The notes below the pieces were generated by a model, which worked only from the letters and a program-made list of their open reading frames with translations, did no database searches and was not told where the DNA came from. Position numbers and translations under genes: made by a program. Shown one piece after another: positions 1 through 10,122 of a stretch of 64,000 nucleotides of DNA. The first letter of the stretch is position 1; each line of letters begins with the position of its first letter. This DNA is from Verrucomicrobiota bacterium (GTDB lineage: Bacteria > Verrucomicrobiota > Verrucomicrobiia > Limisphaerales > J093). Where the stretch lies: assembly GCA_027493615.1 (NCBI GenBank), contig JAOSKK010000038.1, forward strand, positions 907,333-971,332, in the 5' to 3' direction.

Positions 1-299
1 CCGCCGTGAAGGCTTCGCGGGCGTAATCCAGGTCTGCGTGGACGGTCAGGAACACGATGCCCGGGGGCAGGGGCGAGCGCGAGGTCGCGGGCCAGTTCAA
101 TGCCGCTGCGCCCCGGCAACGTGATGTCCAGGACCACGAGATCCGGGCGGTGCCCCGCCACCGTCTGGAGCAGGTCCCGGCCATCCGGCAGGGTGCCCAC
201 CACCTCGAATTCCCCGGCAAGCAACCGGGTGACCTGCCGCAGCAGGGCGGGATGGTCATCGACAAGGAGCACGCGCGCGCAGGGTGTTGACGAAGTCAC
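1..299 (-). CDS. Response regulator, CheY-like receiver domain (5' part; gene runs off the window start)
   Basis: Minus-strand translation from GTG at 299 gives VTSSTPCARVLLVDDHPALLRQVTRLLAGEFEVVGTLPDGRDLLQTVAGHRPDLVVLDITLPGRSGIELARDL, then after a 1-nt shift at the G5 run 63-67 it gives GIVFLTVHADLDYAREAFTA. The N-terminus parallels the neighbouring regulator at 443..1117. It is absent from the ORF track because there is no stop in the window. Confidence 0.75.
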   Translation of the reverse strand, partial: MTSSTPCARVLLVDDHPALLRQVTRLLAGEFEVVGTLPDGRDLLQTVAGHRPDLVVLDITLPGRSGIELARDLALAPAPGHRVPDRPRRPGLRPRSLHG

Positions 300-442
300 A
301 ACTTCTGTGCCCAACAGCCTGCGGCCCGGCGCCCGCGCGGACCACTGTCAGTGTTGACAGGTCGGGGCCGAGCCGGCTGAAAGCGGCTTGCCAGGAGCGC
401 CGGGGGTGGAGCCGCGACAGGAAGCGAAGCGGGACGCGGCGG

Positions 443-1117
443 TTACCCGAGCTCCGGCGACTCCCGCGGATTGACGAGGCCCAGCTTCACCGCGTGTTGC
501 ACGAGCTCCGCACTGGTCCGGAATCCGAGCTGCTCCATCATGGTGTACTTGTGAAAGGCAATGGTGCGCGGGGAAAGGCCCAGCACGTCCGCGGCTTCCT
601 TCATGGCCCGCCCCTCGGCCAGCAACTGGAGCACTTCGCGCTGGCGGCGCGTCAACGGATGGCGGGCGCGACTGCGCAGGGCCCGCGCCACAAAGACCGC
701 CACCGGTTCCGACGAGATCTGCGGGGCCACGTAGTACTTGCCTTCGAGGACGCGTGCGAGGGCCGTGAAGAGTTCGGCGGCCGCGGCCTTCTTGAGGAGG
801 TAACCGGCCGCCCCGCGACGAAGGGCCTCCGCGGCGACATCCGGATCCTCGTTCACGGTGAGAAACACGAGCCGGGTGTCGGGGAGTTCCTGCATCAACG
901 CCTCACAGGCGTCCAAACCGTTCAAGCGCGGCATCGAGATGTCGGCCACGATGACGTCCGGTTTGAGCCGAAGCGCCGCCGCCACCAGTTCGCGGCCGTC
1001 GGTCACGGCCCCGACCACCGTGTAGGCCGGCTCGAGCAGGCGCTGGAAGGCGTCCAGGAGCAGGGCGTGGTCATCGGCCAGCAACACACGCGGCGCGGAC
1101 GTGGGGGGAGTGTTCAT
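443..1117 (-). CDS. NarL/FixJ-family response regulator (receiver + LuxR-type HTH)
   Basis: Intact 224-aa ORF. Receiver motifs are VLLADDH, VIVADISMP and GYLLK. The C-terminal LuxR HTH reads LTRRQREVLQLLAEGRAMKEAADVLGLSPRTIAFHK. Confidence 0.95.
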   Translation of the reverse strand: MNTPPTSAPRVLLADDHALLLDAFQRLLEPAYTVVGAVTDGRELVAAALRLKPDVIVADISMPRLNGLDACEALMQELPDTRLVFLTVNEDPDVAAEALRRGAAGYLLKKAAAAELFTALARVLEGKYYVAPQISSEPVAVFVARALRSRARHPLTRRQREVLQLLAEGRAMKEAADVLGLSPRTIAFHKYTMMEQLGFRTSAELVQHAVKLGLVNPRESPELG

Positions 1118-1205
1118 GAGCCGTTGTTCGTGGTGCGCACACTACTCGAGGAGGAGCCTGCCGCCAACTCGGGATCCAGGCCTCGCCTCGCCCGCACCCA
1201 CCCCG

Positions 1206-4200
1206 TCACGCGCCGGACTCGCGCCGGACCCACGGGACGCTGACCTCGATCCGCGTGCCCTGGCCCGGGGCGGACGTGACCGCCAGCGTGCCGTGGAGGA
1301 GGCGAACGCGTTCCTGCATGCTCGACAGGCCCAAGCCTCCCTCGCGCCGGGCCCGTTCGACATCGAAACCACTGCCCGTGTCGGAGACGGTCAGGAGAAT
1401 GCGATCGGGCTCGGCGCGGAGCTCGACCACGGCTTCCGCGGCGCCACTGTGCCGGATCGTGTTCTGCAGGGCCTCCTGCAGAATCCGGTACAGGCCCAGC
1501 GCCACCTCGGACGGGAGCTCCCGGGGACGGTGCCCGGCTCGAATCCGACGCGCACGCCGGACTGCTGGGACAACTCGCGGGCAAACGCCCGGGCTGCCGC
1601 CACCAGACCCAGTTGGTCGAGTTTGGCGGGATGCAGTTCGTAGGCCATCCGATGCACCTCGCTCGAGAGGTCCCGCACGTGGGTGGCCATCTCCCCAGGC
1701 GGCCGGGGCCGGAACTGGGCGCGTCCGGTGGGGCCGAGGCGAGCAAATCGAGCTCGACGGACAGCAGGGCCAGGCGCTGGCTGAAATCATCGTGCAGCTC
1801 TCGCGCGATGCGTCGGCGTTCGTCCTCCTGCGCGTTGATGAGCCGGCCCGCCAGATTGCGCATCTCGTGGGCAAACCGTTCCCGCTCGGCGGCGCGGCGA
1901 ACGTGAGTTCGCGACCTCACCCAGACCACGCCGCCGCCCAGCCCGACCAGGAAGAGGGCCACGCCCGACCGAAACCAACCGGTTTGCCAGTAGTACGGCT
2001 GGACGGTGAAGGCCAGGCTCGCGCCGGTCTCGTTCCAGACGCCGTCCGGGTTGGCTGCCCGCACGCGGAACACGTACGCGCCGGGGGCCAGCTCATGGAA
2101 CGTCGCCACGCGCTGCCGCGTCGGCTCATGCCAATCCCGATCCCGCCCTTCCAGCTTCACCCGGAACCGGACCCGTTCGGGGACGGCGTAACTCAGGCCG
2201 GCATAGCGAATCTCGATCCGTTCGCTCCCGGGCGGCAGCAGGACCGGCCCCGCCCCCGGGGCGTCCAGGAACTCCGGAATCCCTCCGGCGGCGTTCCCTC
2301 CGTTCGCCTCCTCGGCTCCCGAGGCGGGCCGGTAGAAAGCGACGCTTTCCACGTGCACCGACGGGGGGTTGCGTTCAGCCGCAAGCCGGCAGGATCGATC
2401 ATGGCCACCCCTTTGATCGTGGCGAACCACAGACGTCCCGCCGTGTCCCGTGCGCAGGTGGGTTGTCGGCCCCGGGTGAACTCCGCCCGCGGCAGACCAT
2501 CGTTGTGGTCGAACTCCTGGACGGTCACCCGCGCCAGCGAACCGTCTGCCACCGCCCGGAGATCACTGGCCCGGACCCGCACGAGCGTGTGGCCCGAGGT
2601 GATCCAGAACCAGCCGTCAAGATCCTCGATGAGGCCCCGCACGTTCCGCACGGAATAACCCACCCTCGCGTCGAGCAGGCTCAGCCGGCCCTCCTTCCAC
2701 CGCCAGAGTCCCTCGTCCGTCGATGCCAGCCACATCGCGCCGTCCGGGTCCTTCTGCAAAGAGGTGATCTGGCCCAAGCTGGCCCCATCGGCCCGCTTCA
2801 CTTCAATAAACGGCCGGTCCCGTTCGCGGCGGAACACGGCGTGGCCGTCCGACACCCAAAGGGCCCCGCTCTTGTCTTCGGCCAGACTCGTGACCCCGGA
2901 GACGCTCAGTCCTTCCGCGGGCCCGAAGATGCGGAACGCCTGGCCGTCAAACCGGGCGATGCGCTCGCCGCCGCCGCTGACCCAGATCCCCCCTTCCGAA
3001 TCCTCGAACAGCGCCACCACGTTCCCGCCACCCGTTTCATCCATGGGCAGCAAACGCCAGCCGCTGCTGTCCCGCAGCCTCAGTCCCCCGCCCAGCGTCC
3101 CTGCCCAGACCCGGCCCGCCCGATCCGCCCACACGCTTTGCAGGACGCGCGCGCCGTCCGGGAGCTCAGGGAGCGGCACGTTCGTCTGGCCGGGCGCCCC
3201 CAACCGGAACAGCCCCCGCCCGTAGGTGGCCGCCCAGATGCCGCCGCCGGGATCGGGCGACACCGACTGGACGACCAACGACTTCTGGTCGCCTCGCAGA
3301 TCGAAGTGCTGGAACCGCCTGCGCGTGAGGCAAAGCAGCCCGTCGCCACTGGTCCCGAGCCAGAGGTTCTGCTCGCGGTCCTCGAACACACACCGGCCGT
3401 TGTCCGAGATGCCCTGCGCCGCATCCCACCGGCGCATCGTGCCGTCGGGTGCCAGTTGGCAGAACCCCCGGTTGTGCGTGGCAATCCACAGGTTGCCCTG
3501 GCTGTCCTCGCTCAGGCTCCACACCCCTCCTGGCGCCTCCGGCAACGTGCGCCGGGCCACCTCGCGATCGCCCCGCATGTGGTGGAGTTCGCGCCCGAGC
3601 AAGACCCACAGCCCGCCTCCGCGTGCAGGGCCACAACCGACGGCCTCGGTCGGCAGCCCCGGGGACGACGTCAGCCTCGACTCCCAACGGCCGTCCGCCC
3701 AGCGGCCGACAAACCGGCTCTGGACCACCCACCAAACTCCGTCGACGTCGGCCCCGCCGAAATACCCCTGACCCGCCTCGCCGGGCGGGGCGGGCAGCTC
3801 TACGAGCCCTTGGCCGGAGGACTCGAAGACCCGGCCGTTGAAGGATGTGATCAGCACCTCGCCCGACTCGCGCTCTGCGAAGGTCCGCACGAAATCGCCC
3901 TCCCAACCGCTCCCGGCGGCGAGCGATCGCCACCGTTCCGCTTCCCGCACGACCAGGCCGCCGTAGGTGCTGACCCACAGGCGGTCGCGCCGGTCCAGGT
4001 GCAGATTGACGATGCCGGCACTCGGCAATCCCGGGGTTGTGCCGGGAGTGACCACGCGGAAGTGGGTGCCGTTGAAGCGCACCAGACCGTTGAACGTGCC
4101 CAACCACACGTAGCCATCGGGCGTCTGCGCGATGGCCGTGGCGGAGTTCTCGGGCAACCCATCAGCCGTCTCCCAGCTTCGAACGAGCCATTCGCTTCCC

Positions 4201-4469
4201 AGCGCGGCGGGCGCCGGAGTCACGGCGGCAGGCGCCGGCGCCTCGACGCCGAGACCGGCTGGTGCCACCACCAGGACCAGAAGGCCGGCCGCCACGCCGC
4301 GAAGGGCACCCTCTGCCAGGGAACGGCCGCGCTCACGCGGCGTGACCTCGGACGCCGTGCGCGGGATTGCCCATTCCGGTTGCACGGCTGGATTGGGGGC
4401 AAGCCCGTCGCGCACGCAATGCTGAACCCTGGCATCGCTTCGGGTTTTTCGTGGCTGCAGCGTCGCCAT
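1206..4469 (-). CDS. Sensor histidine kinase (periplasmic beta-propeller repeats, Y_Y_Y-like domain, TM, HisKA_3, HATPase_c); frame broken at least 3 times
   Basis: Four ORF-track pieces are consecutive parts of one kinase in different frames. Piece 2193..4718 carries propeller repeats such as WLGTFNGLVRF and LWVSTYGGLVV. Piece 1114..2430 carries YVFRVRAANPDGVWN, a TM segment and RRRIARELHDDFSQRL. Piece 1391..1690 carries YELHPAKLDQLGL. Piece 1206..1874 carries LYRILQEALQNTIRHSGA and DTGSGF. The shifts lie at the G6 run 2363-2368, near 1720 and near 1525. The likely ATG is at 4469. Confidence 0.85.
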
Positions 4470-4490
4470 CCTGGATACCTTCGGCGGATC

Positions 4491-4838
4491 ATGAAACCGG
4501 CAAACGCGAAAGCCCGCGCCTTGCTCGGCAAACTCGAACGTCTGGCGGACCCCGCCAACGGGGGGACGCCCGACGAGATCGCCGCCGCCCGTCGCAAGGT
4601 GCAACGGCTGCGAAACCGCTTCGACTTCTCGGAGCCGGACCCCGACGAGCTCGAGCAACTGGACATTTTCGCCGGCATCCACCCCCGGCGACCCGCCCGG
4701 CGCACCGTCCACGTGCACACCTTCGAGCCCGCCGACTTCGACATCGCCAACTCGGTCAAGTGGGCTATTGAACAGGCGACCGGGATCGCCTGCACCTTTC
4801 GCGGCGACGAGTTGTCCGCGGCCTGTACGACGGGATGA
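4491..4838 (+). CDS. Hypothetical protein, DUF2786-like N-terminus
   Basis: ATG at 4491, divergent from the kinase start at 4469. The sequence MKPANAKARALLGKLERLADPANGGTPDEIAAARRKVQRLRNRF resembles the helical DUF2786 motif. It is the only non-antisense part of track ORF 2463..4838. ORF 4768..5091 may be a frameshifted continuation. Confidence 0.5.
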   Translation: MKPANAKARALLGKLERLADPANGGTPDEIAAARRKVQRLRNRFDFSEPDPDELEQLDIFAGIHPRRPARRTVHVHTFEPADFDIANSVKWAIEQATGIACTFRGDELSAACTTG

Positions 4839-5103
4839 TGGACGACCCTCGGGGCGTTGGAGAACGGCTTCCGGGGAACGCCTTCCCTCCTGGAAAGCGC
4901 AGGCGGAGCACGCGGAGCCTGTCCGGGTGTTCGCCGCGGCCGCCCCAACTCGCGTACATCCCTACACGATCGCCCTCGCGTTGGGCCGGCAAATACGGTT
5001 CGCCGCCCCGCTGGAAGCCATCGCGGCCGAGCTCGATCGAGCCACGCAGCCGGCCCTGGGACCCGGCGCATCCGGGCCGGCCGAGGGATGAGAGCACGCC
5101 AGG

Positions 5104-5151
5104 GGTCAGTCCGGGCTGTTGGCAATAGAATACCAACAGCCCGGACTGACC
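5104..5151. terminator. Perfect 19-bp inverted repeat stem-loop (terminator-like, no U-tract)
   Basis: Left arm ggtcagtccgggctgttgg (5104-5122), loop caatagaata, right arm ccaacagcccggactgacc (5133-5151). It lies between the 4.5-5.1 kb plus-strand ORFs and vapB. Confidence 0.5.
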
Positions 5152-5198
5152 TTGGACGCGCCTCTTGACATCCTTTATGCAGGCATCATGATGTCTGC

Positions 5199-5444
5199 GT
5201 GAGAACCACCTTGACACTCGATCCGGATGTGGCGACCAAGGCGCGCCAAGGCGCCGCCAGGCTCGGCAGGCCCTTCAAGGAAGTGGTGAACCTGGCGCTG
5301 CGGGCCGGGTTGGACGTCGTCCTCGCCCCGCCCCCTTCCAAGCCCTACCGCACCCAACCACGCCCCCTCGGTCTGAGGGAAGGCTTCAGCTACGACAGTA
5401 TCGCCGACCTGCTCGCCCGCGCCGAGGGGGAGGATCACCCATGA
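5199..5444 (+). CDS. vapB: Type II antitoxin, VapB family
   Basis: 81 aa with a GTG start. MRTTLTLDPDVATKARQGAARLGRPFKEVVNLALRAGL is typical of VapB/DUF2191 antitoxins. There is a 4-nt ATGA overlap with the downstream PIN gene. Confidence 0.8.
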   Translation: MRTTLTLDPDVATKARQGAARLGRPFKEVVNLALRAGLDVVLAPPPSKPYRTQPRPLGLREGFSYDSIADLLARAEGEDHP

Positions 5445-5872
5445 TCCTCGTGGACGCCAATCTGCTCCTCTACGCCGAGGACAGCCTTTCGGCGCACCAC
5501 GAGGCGGCGCGGGAATGGTGGGACGCCCAGTTGAGCGGAACGGAGCCCGTCGGCCTGTGCTGGCCGGTGCTGAGCGCCTTCATCCGCATCGGCACCAATG
5601 CGCGGTTGCACCGCCGGCCCCTGATCCTCCGGGAAGCGGTCGAGCGCGTGCAAAGCTGGCTCGATCAGCCGTGTGTGCGGGTGCTGACGCCGACCGACGC
5701 GCACTGGAGGCTGTTTCAGCAGATGCTGCGGGCCGGCAACGCCACCGCCAACCTCGTTTCCGATGCGCATCTGGCCGCTCTGGCGCTGGAGCACAACGGT
5801 GTCCTGCACTCGACCGACACGGACTTCGCCCGGTTCCGTGGCCTGAAATGGCGCAACCCCATCGCCGCGTGA
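5441..5872 (+). CDS. vapC: Type II toxin, PIN-domain ribonuclease VapC family
   Basis: 143 aa. PIN acidic signature: MILVDANLLLYA, then NLVSDAHLAALALEH, then LHSTDTDFARF. Translationally coupled to vapB. Confidence 0.9.
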   Translation: MILVDANLLLYAEDSLSAHHEAAREWWDAQLSGTEPVGLCWPVLSAFIRIGTNARLHRRPLILREAVERVQSWLDQPCVRVLTPTDAHWRLFQQMLRAGNATANLVSDAHLAALALEHNGVLHSTDTDFARFRGLKWRNPIAA

Positions 5873-5981
5873 GGTGCTCATTGGGGTCGTGTCTTAACAT
5901 TGAACATTTGGCCGGCCACAAGCTGCCCCCAAACCCACCGCCTCCGTCGGGGGAATCGGCGACGGGGGACCAGGCGGCACC

Positions 5982-6482
5982 TCATTCGACGGGCTTGGTG
6001 GAGGGAACCAGGGGGATGGTACCAGCGAGCTGGAGGCGCAGGGCCAGGTCCAGACGCTGTTCGAGCTGCGCCCAGCGGAGCGCCTTGGCGGGGGGGATGA
6101 TCTTGGCGGCGCGCCGGACATGGGTGGCGCGGGTCTTGGCCAGCTTCTCCTCGAGGCTGGTGTAGTCGGCGAGGAGCTTCCGGGCGCGGCTGTCGGTGAC
6201 GACCGGATAGGCATCCGCGTATTCGAGGACCACCTTGACGAGGCTGTCACCCAGCTTGTCCACCTCGAGGCGATACTCCCGGTAGAACGGCCAGAAGGCG
6301 GCGCTTTCCGGTTGGGACAGCTCGAGGTTGCTGGCCAGGAACGTCTGGCGGTCGGCGCCGTAGGTGGCCCGGAGGGCGGCCAGGGCGGCGTTGAGGTCCT
6401 CGCCGGTTTCGGCGTGGGTAGGGATGGACAGGAACGCGAGGAGCGCGGCCAGCCCGGCGGTCGACAGGAAACGAGGTTTCAT
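5982..6482 (-). CDS. Secreted hypothetical protein
   Basis: Intact 166-aa ORF with a signal peptide (MKPRFLSTAGLAALLAFLSIPTHA). The mature part is helical and charged. No family recognised. Confidence 0.6.
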   Translation of the reverse strand: MKPRFLSTAGLAALLAFLSIPTHAETGEDLNAALAALRATYGADRQTFLASNLELSQPESAAFWPFYREYRLEVDKLGDSLVKVVLEYADAYPVVTDSRARKLLADYTSLEEKLAKTRATHVRRAAKIIPPAKALRWAQLEQRLDLALRLQLAGTIPLVPSTKPVE

Positions 6483-6537
6483 GGGGAGGATGAGCGGTGA
6501 GGGATGAGGGAACGGGGAGGTGCGTTGCCGGGCGGGG

Positions 6538-7329
6538 TCAAGGCGCGGGCGTCAGAGTCACGGGTTGCTGCAGCCGAAACTCGAGCAGCGTGCCGGGGCT
6601 GACGGAAACGCTCTCCCCCTTCTTGAGGCCGGAGGCCACCGCCCCGATCGCGGCCCCTTTGCCGGCGCCCTGGTCATCCTCGACGATCGCGCCGATCGCG
6701 GCCCCGGCGGCCGCACTCTTTGGCGGTCTTGCCCACGGAGCGCGCGCCGGCGTCCGTGTAGCCGCTGCTGACGATCGGCACGAGGTTGGGGCCGAGCGCC
6801 AGCTCGGTCAGCCGCAGGTCCAGCTTGCTCTGGCCGGTGAAGCGGCGGGCCTGCTCGGCGCTCTGCACGCGCCCGTAGGCCTTGGTGCCGGCCTTGGCCG
6901 CCACGATGCCGTTGACGGTCAGGTCGGTCTCCAGCGTGGTGGTGAACCGTTTCCCCGCAGCGTCGCGGGACGAGACGGCGTCCACCAGGCGCACCAGGAC
7001 GGTCGTGCCGGCGGGGAGGGTGACGGAACGGGAGGCCGGCGCGGGAGCCGCCGCAGGCGATGCCGCCGTCGGGGGGCAGCCGCAGGTGGTGCGGCCGCAG
7101 GGGGCGCCGCCGTGGAGCTGGCGCCCGCGCCGGTGAAGGTGAGAGCGAGAATCTGGGAGGTCTCAGGGACCTGGACCCCTTCGCTGGTTTCGAAGCGGAC
7201 GGTCGAGGCAGTGCCGCCGGCGTACTTGCCGTTGAGGGTCTTGCCGTCCTTGAGCTCCAGCACGTCGGCAAAGGCGTGCGGGGTTTCCCACAGCGTGAGG
7301 AGGCTCAGTGCGAGCAGAGGTGCTTTCAT
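6538..7329 (-). CDS. Secreted hypothetical protein with glycine-zipper-like C-terminus; frame broken about twice
   Basis: ATG at 7329 gives the signal peptide MKAPLLALSLLTLWETPHAFA (in ORF 6919..7419). The protein continues in frame 6674..6994 (DAVSSRDAAGKRFTTTLETDLTVNG). It then continues in a third frame as GAAIGAIVEDDQGAGKGAAIGAVASGLKKGESVSVSPGTLLEFRLQQPVTLTPAP, with the stop at 6538. Confidence 0.55.
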
Positions 7330-7352
7330 GGTCTTGGGTTTCTCGTTTCTGG

Positions 7353-9113
7353 CTACGTTTCGCGAGGCGCAGGGTGTGCGGGGTTGGTCAGGGTGGGCTC
7401 GGCTTCCGTGCGGGTCCAACGGTCGATCACGTCGGCCACGCTCGTGGCGCGGTCGATGCCGCCGAGCCGCTGGTCCAGGCCTGCGTGGCGGAGTCGATCG
7501 CGCACCGACGCGTGGGCCTCAACGGCCTGGAACCGGATGCCCCGAGCCGTCAGGTCGTCGGCCAGTCCGCCCAGCGCGTGGCTGCTCTGCAGGTCCACCT
7601 GCGGCGCGGCGGACAGATCGAGGACGACCAGCTTCGGGGGCGTCGCTTCCGATCGCACCCGGTCGAGGATCGTTTCGCAGACGTGATCCACGTTGAAGTA
7701 GAGCAGGCCGGTCTCGGGCCGGAAGATGTGGACGCCGGGAATGAGCTCGTTGTCCGGATGGCGTGCGCGATCCGAAAACCGGCGCGTGCCCGGGATACGT
7801 CCCAGGAAGGCGACGTGGGGACGGGCGGCGCGCCGCAGCAACTGGATGAGCGAGAGGGCCGCCCCGATCATCACGCCCCGCAGCAGGCCGGAACCCAGCA
7901 CACCAAGGAGGGCGGCCATGGCCACCGCGAATTCCGGACGGTCGCCACGCCAGAGTTGTCGGAGCACGGAGAGCTTGAACAACCCCGCCACCGCCACGAG
8001 GACGATCGCCGCCAGCACCGGCTGGGGCAGCGCGCTAAGGAGATGGGAGAAGCACAGGACGACGACGAGGATGATCCCCGCCGCGCAGGCACCGGACAAT
8101 GGCGTGTGCGCCCCACCGCCTTCATTGACGAGGGACTGCGACATGCCGCCGCTGACGGGAAAGCCGCGCCCCAGCCCGGCCGCGATATTCGCCACCGCCA
8201 GGGCGAGGAACTCCTGGTTCGCATCCAGGCGCCCGCCATGCTTGGCCGTGAACATGCGACCGATGGCCGCCGTCTCCACCGCGCCCAGCAAGAAGCAGGC
8301 GACGGCCAGCGGGAGGAGCGCATTGAGGTCCGCCCATTGGATCGCGGGTAGCCCCACGGGTGGCAGTCCCTGGGGCACTTCGCCCAGCAGCTTCACCCCA
8401 CGCGCTTCGAGGCCGAGCCAGGCGGAGGCCAGGATGCCGCTGATGACCACCACCAGCGCCACCGGTTTGTGCTTGAGATAGATCTTACCGAACACGAGGA
8501 CAGCCAGCGCGACTCCGCCGATGGTGAGCGAGGCCGGGTTGGTCTCGTTCAGGTGCTGGAGAAAGTGCCCGCTGTTCTCCCAGAAATCGCCGTGGGCTCC
8601 GTGAAAGCCGAACAGCTTCGGCAGTTGTGTGCTCGCCAGAAACAGGGCCACCCCGCACTTGAAACCGGTCATCACGCTTTCCGAGATGAAGTTCACGATG
8701 ACCCCCGCCTTCACCAGCCAGGCGAGGAAGGCCAGCAGCGCGACCAGCAGCGCCGTGGCCGCCGCCAGCGCGCCGAACCGGGTCGTGTCACCTCCGGCAA
8801 TCTCCCCGAGCGACGCCCCGATCAGGAGCGAGATGGCGGAGGTGACCGTGACCGAGGTGTGCCGGGAACTGCAGAACAGCCAGAAGACCAGGCCGCCGAA
8901 CAGGCAGGCGTACAGGCCCGCTTGCGGCGGCAGATTGGCCAGCGAGGCATCGCCCAGGGCGGCGGGCAAGAGGTAGGCGGCGAGGGTGATGCTGGCGAGC
9001 ACATCGCCGCGCAGCCAGCCCAGCTGGTAGGACCGGAGCCATGCCAGCGCCGGGATCCAGCGCGCCCAACCGGTGGCGGACGGGAGAGCGGTGGGGTGAC
9101 TCATGTCAAGCAT
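7353..9113 (-). CDS. SulP-family anion transporter with C-terminal STAS domain
   Basis: Intact 586-aa ORF. It has about 11 hydrophobic segments, the SulP-type N-terminus (WLRGDVLASITLAAYLLPAALGDASLANLPPQAGLY) and a STAS-like tail (VVLDLSAAPQVDLQSSHALGGLADDL). Confidence 0.95.
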   Translation of the reverse strand: MLDMSHPTALPSATGWARWIPALAWLRSYQLGWLRGDVLASITLAAYLLPAALGDASLANLPPQAGLYACLFGGLVFWLFCSSRHTSVTVTSAISLLIGASLGEIAGGDTTRFGALAAATALLVALLAFLAWLVKAGVIVNFISESVMTGFKCGVALFLASTQLPKLFGFHGAHGDFWENSGHFLQHLNETNPASLTIGGVALAVLVFGKIYLKHKPVALVVVISGILASAWLGLEARGVKLLGEVPQGLPPVGLPAIQWADLNALLPLAVACFLLGAVETAAIGRMFTAKHGGRLDANQEFLALAVANIAAGLGRGFPVSGGMSQSLVNEGGGAHTPLSGACAAGIILVVVLCFSHLLSALPQPVLAAIVLVAVAGLFKLSVLRQLWRGDRPEFAVAMAALLGVLGSGLLRGVMIGAALSLIQLLRRAARPHVAFLGRIPGTRRFSDRARHPDNELIPGVHIFRPETGLLYFNVDHVCETILDRVRSEATPPKLVVLDLSAAPQVDLQSSHALGGLADDLTARGIRFQAVEAHASVRDRLRHAGLDQRLGGIDRATSVADVIDRWTRTEAEPTLTNPAHPAPRET

Positions 9114-9140
9114 GGATGGGCGGGCAGCGTCACGGGAGGC

Positions 9141-10103
9141 TCAATCCCGCGAGATCCGCCAGCCCGAACCCGGATCGTAGGCGGTCATTCGCCGGACGAT
9201 GTCGGCGGTCTTCGCGCCAAGGTCCTTTTCGTACACCCGACCCTGTTGGTTCACGATGAAGGTCATGACCCCGGAGTTCCCGTATTCGACCGGCCAGGCG
9301 ACGAGGCCGAAGCCGGCGATCATGTTGCCGTTGATGACGTACCCGTGCTTGCCACCAGGGGCGTGTGCGCCCTGGGCCTTGAGGATCCTGAAGAGGTAGC
9401 CATGGAACGGTTGCGGCTCCTGGTCGGCCTTGCCGGCCAGGCGCCGGTAACCTTCGCTTTGCGCCGCGGCCATCAGCGGCCCCAGCGGGCTGATTTCACC
9501 GTTCACTTCCGGCGACCAGAACAGGCCGTCCGTCTGGCCCGGAGAACTGGCGATCCTCTGCGCGAACTCGAGCACCTCGTCGCCGTCGCGATCGCGGCTC
9601 GCATACTCGCGTTGGGCCTCGACGTACGCCCGCACGATGCGCAACACACTCAGTTCGTTCCGGCCGATGCGGCGGTTGAGGATTTCGTCGGCCCCGGCCA
9701 CGGTGTCAAACTGCCAACCCGCCGCAGACTTCACCAGCGGGATGGGAAACGGCCAGTGGCCAGTGCCCACCTCGAGCGTGCGCCGCGTGTCTGACTCGAC
9801 GACCAGCCGGTTGGCCGTCTGAAACGCAGCGGCGAACTCGGCCAGCTCCGCAGCGCCCTGGACCGTGTCCGGGTTGACCAGCCGTTCCGCGGCGTCGCCG
9901 AACAGGACCGCGAACTCGGTCCGGTTGGTCGTGCGAACGGCACCGGCCAGGGCCTGCACCGCCTCTTCCGGCGTCGCGAACACTTTGCCGGCTTCGGCGG
10001 CGCGAGCGGGCGCTGGTGCGGCGAGGAGTGCCACCACCAGAGAGACGGCGGCGAATCGGCGGGTTCGTGGACCAGCCCCATGGACGTTGATTGAGGAACT
10101 CAT
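9141..10103 (-). CDS. DUF2950 family secreted protein
   Basis: ATG at 10103 (MSSSINVHG...) followed by a signal peptide. Characteristic DUF2950 stretches include FATPEEAVQAL, WPFPIPLVK, RRIGRNELSVLRIVRAYVEAQREY and FHGYLFRILKAQG. Confidence 0.85.
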   Translation of the reverse strand: MSSSINVHGAGPRTRRFAAVSLVVALLAAPAPARAAEAGKVFATPEEAVQALAGAVRTTNRTEFAVLFGDAAERLVNPDTVQGAAELAEFAAAFQTANRLVVESDTRRTLEVGTGHWPFPIPLVKSAAGWQFDTVAGADEILNRRIGRNELSVLRIVRAYVEAQREYASRDRDGDEVLEFAQRIASSPGQTDGLFWSPEVNGEISPLGPLMAAAQSEGYRRLAGKADQEPQPFHGYLFRILKAQGAHAPGGKHGYVINGNMIAGFGLVAWPVEYGNSGVMTFIVNQQGRVYEKDLGAKTADIVRRMTAYDPGSGWRISRD

Positions 10104-10122
10104 GATGGATGCGGGTTGAGGC

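Noticed and set aside
2463-4838. Long plus-strand ORF of 791 aa. Similar long antisense ORFs include 8469..9794, 19051..21042, 20918..23128, 31683..33713, 52680..53984, 55476..56915 and 59704..61830.
   Set aside because: They lie antisense to genes with clear family signatures. Their translations are Arg/Pro/Gly/Ala-rich low-complexity strings typical of shadow ORFs in high-GC DNA. Only the last about 115 codons of 2463..4838 (from 4491) fall outside the kinase gene and look genuine.
4768-5091. 107-aa plus-strand ORF as an independent gene.
   Set aside because: It overlaps the end of the 4491..4838 gene in another frame and has no recognisable family or start context. It is more likely a frameshifted continuation or non-coding sequence. 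It is left unannotated and mentioned under the 4491 feature.
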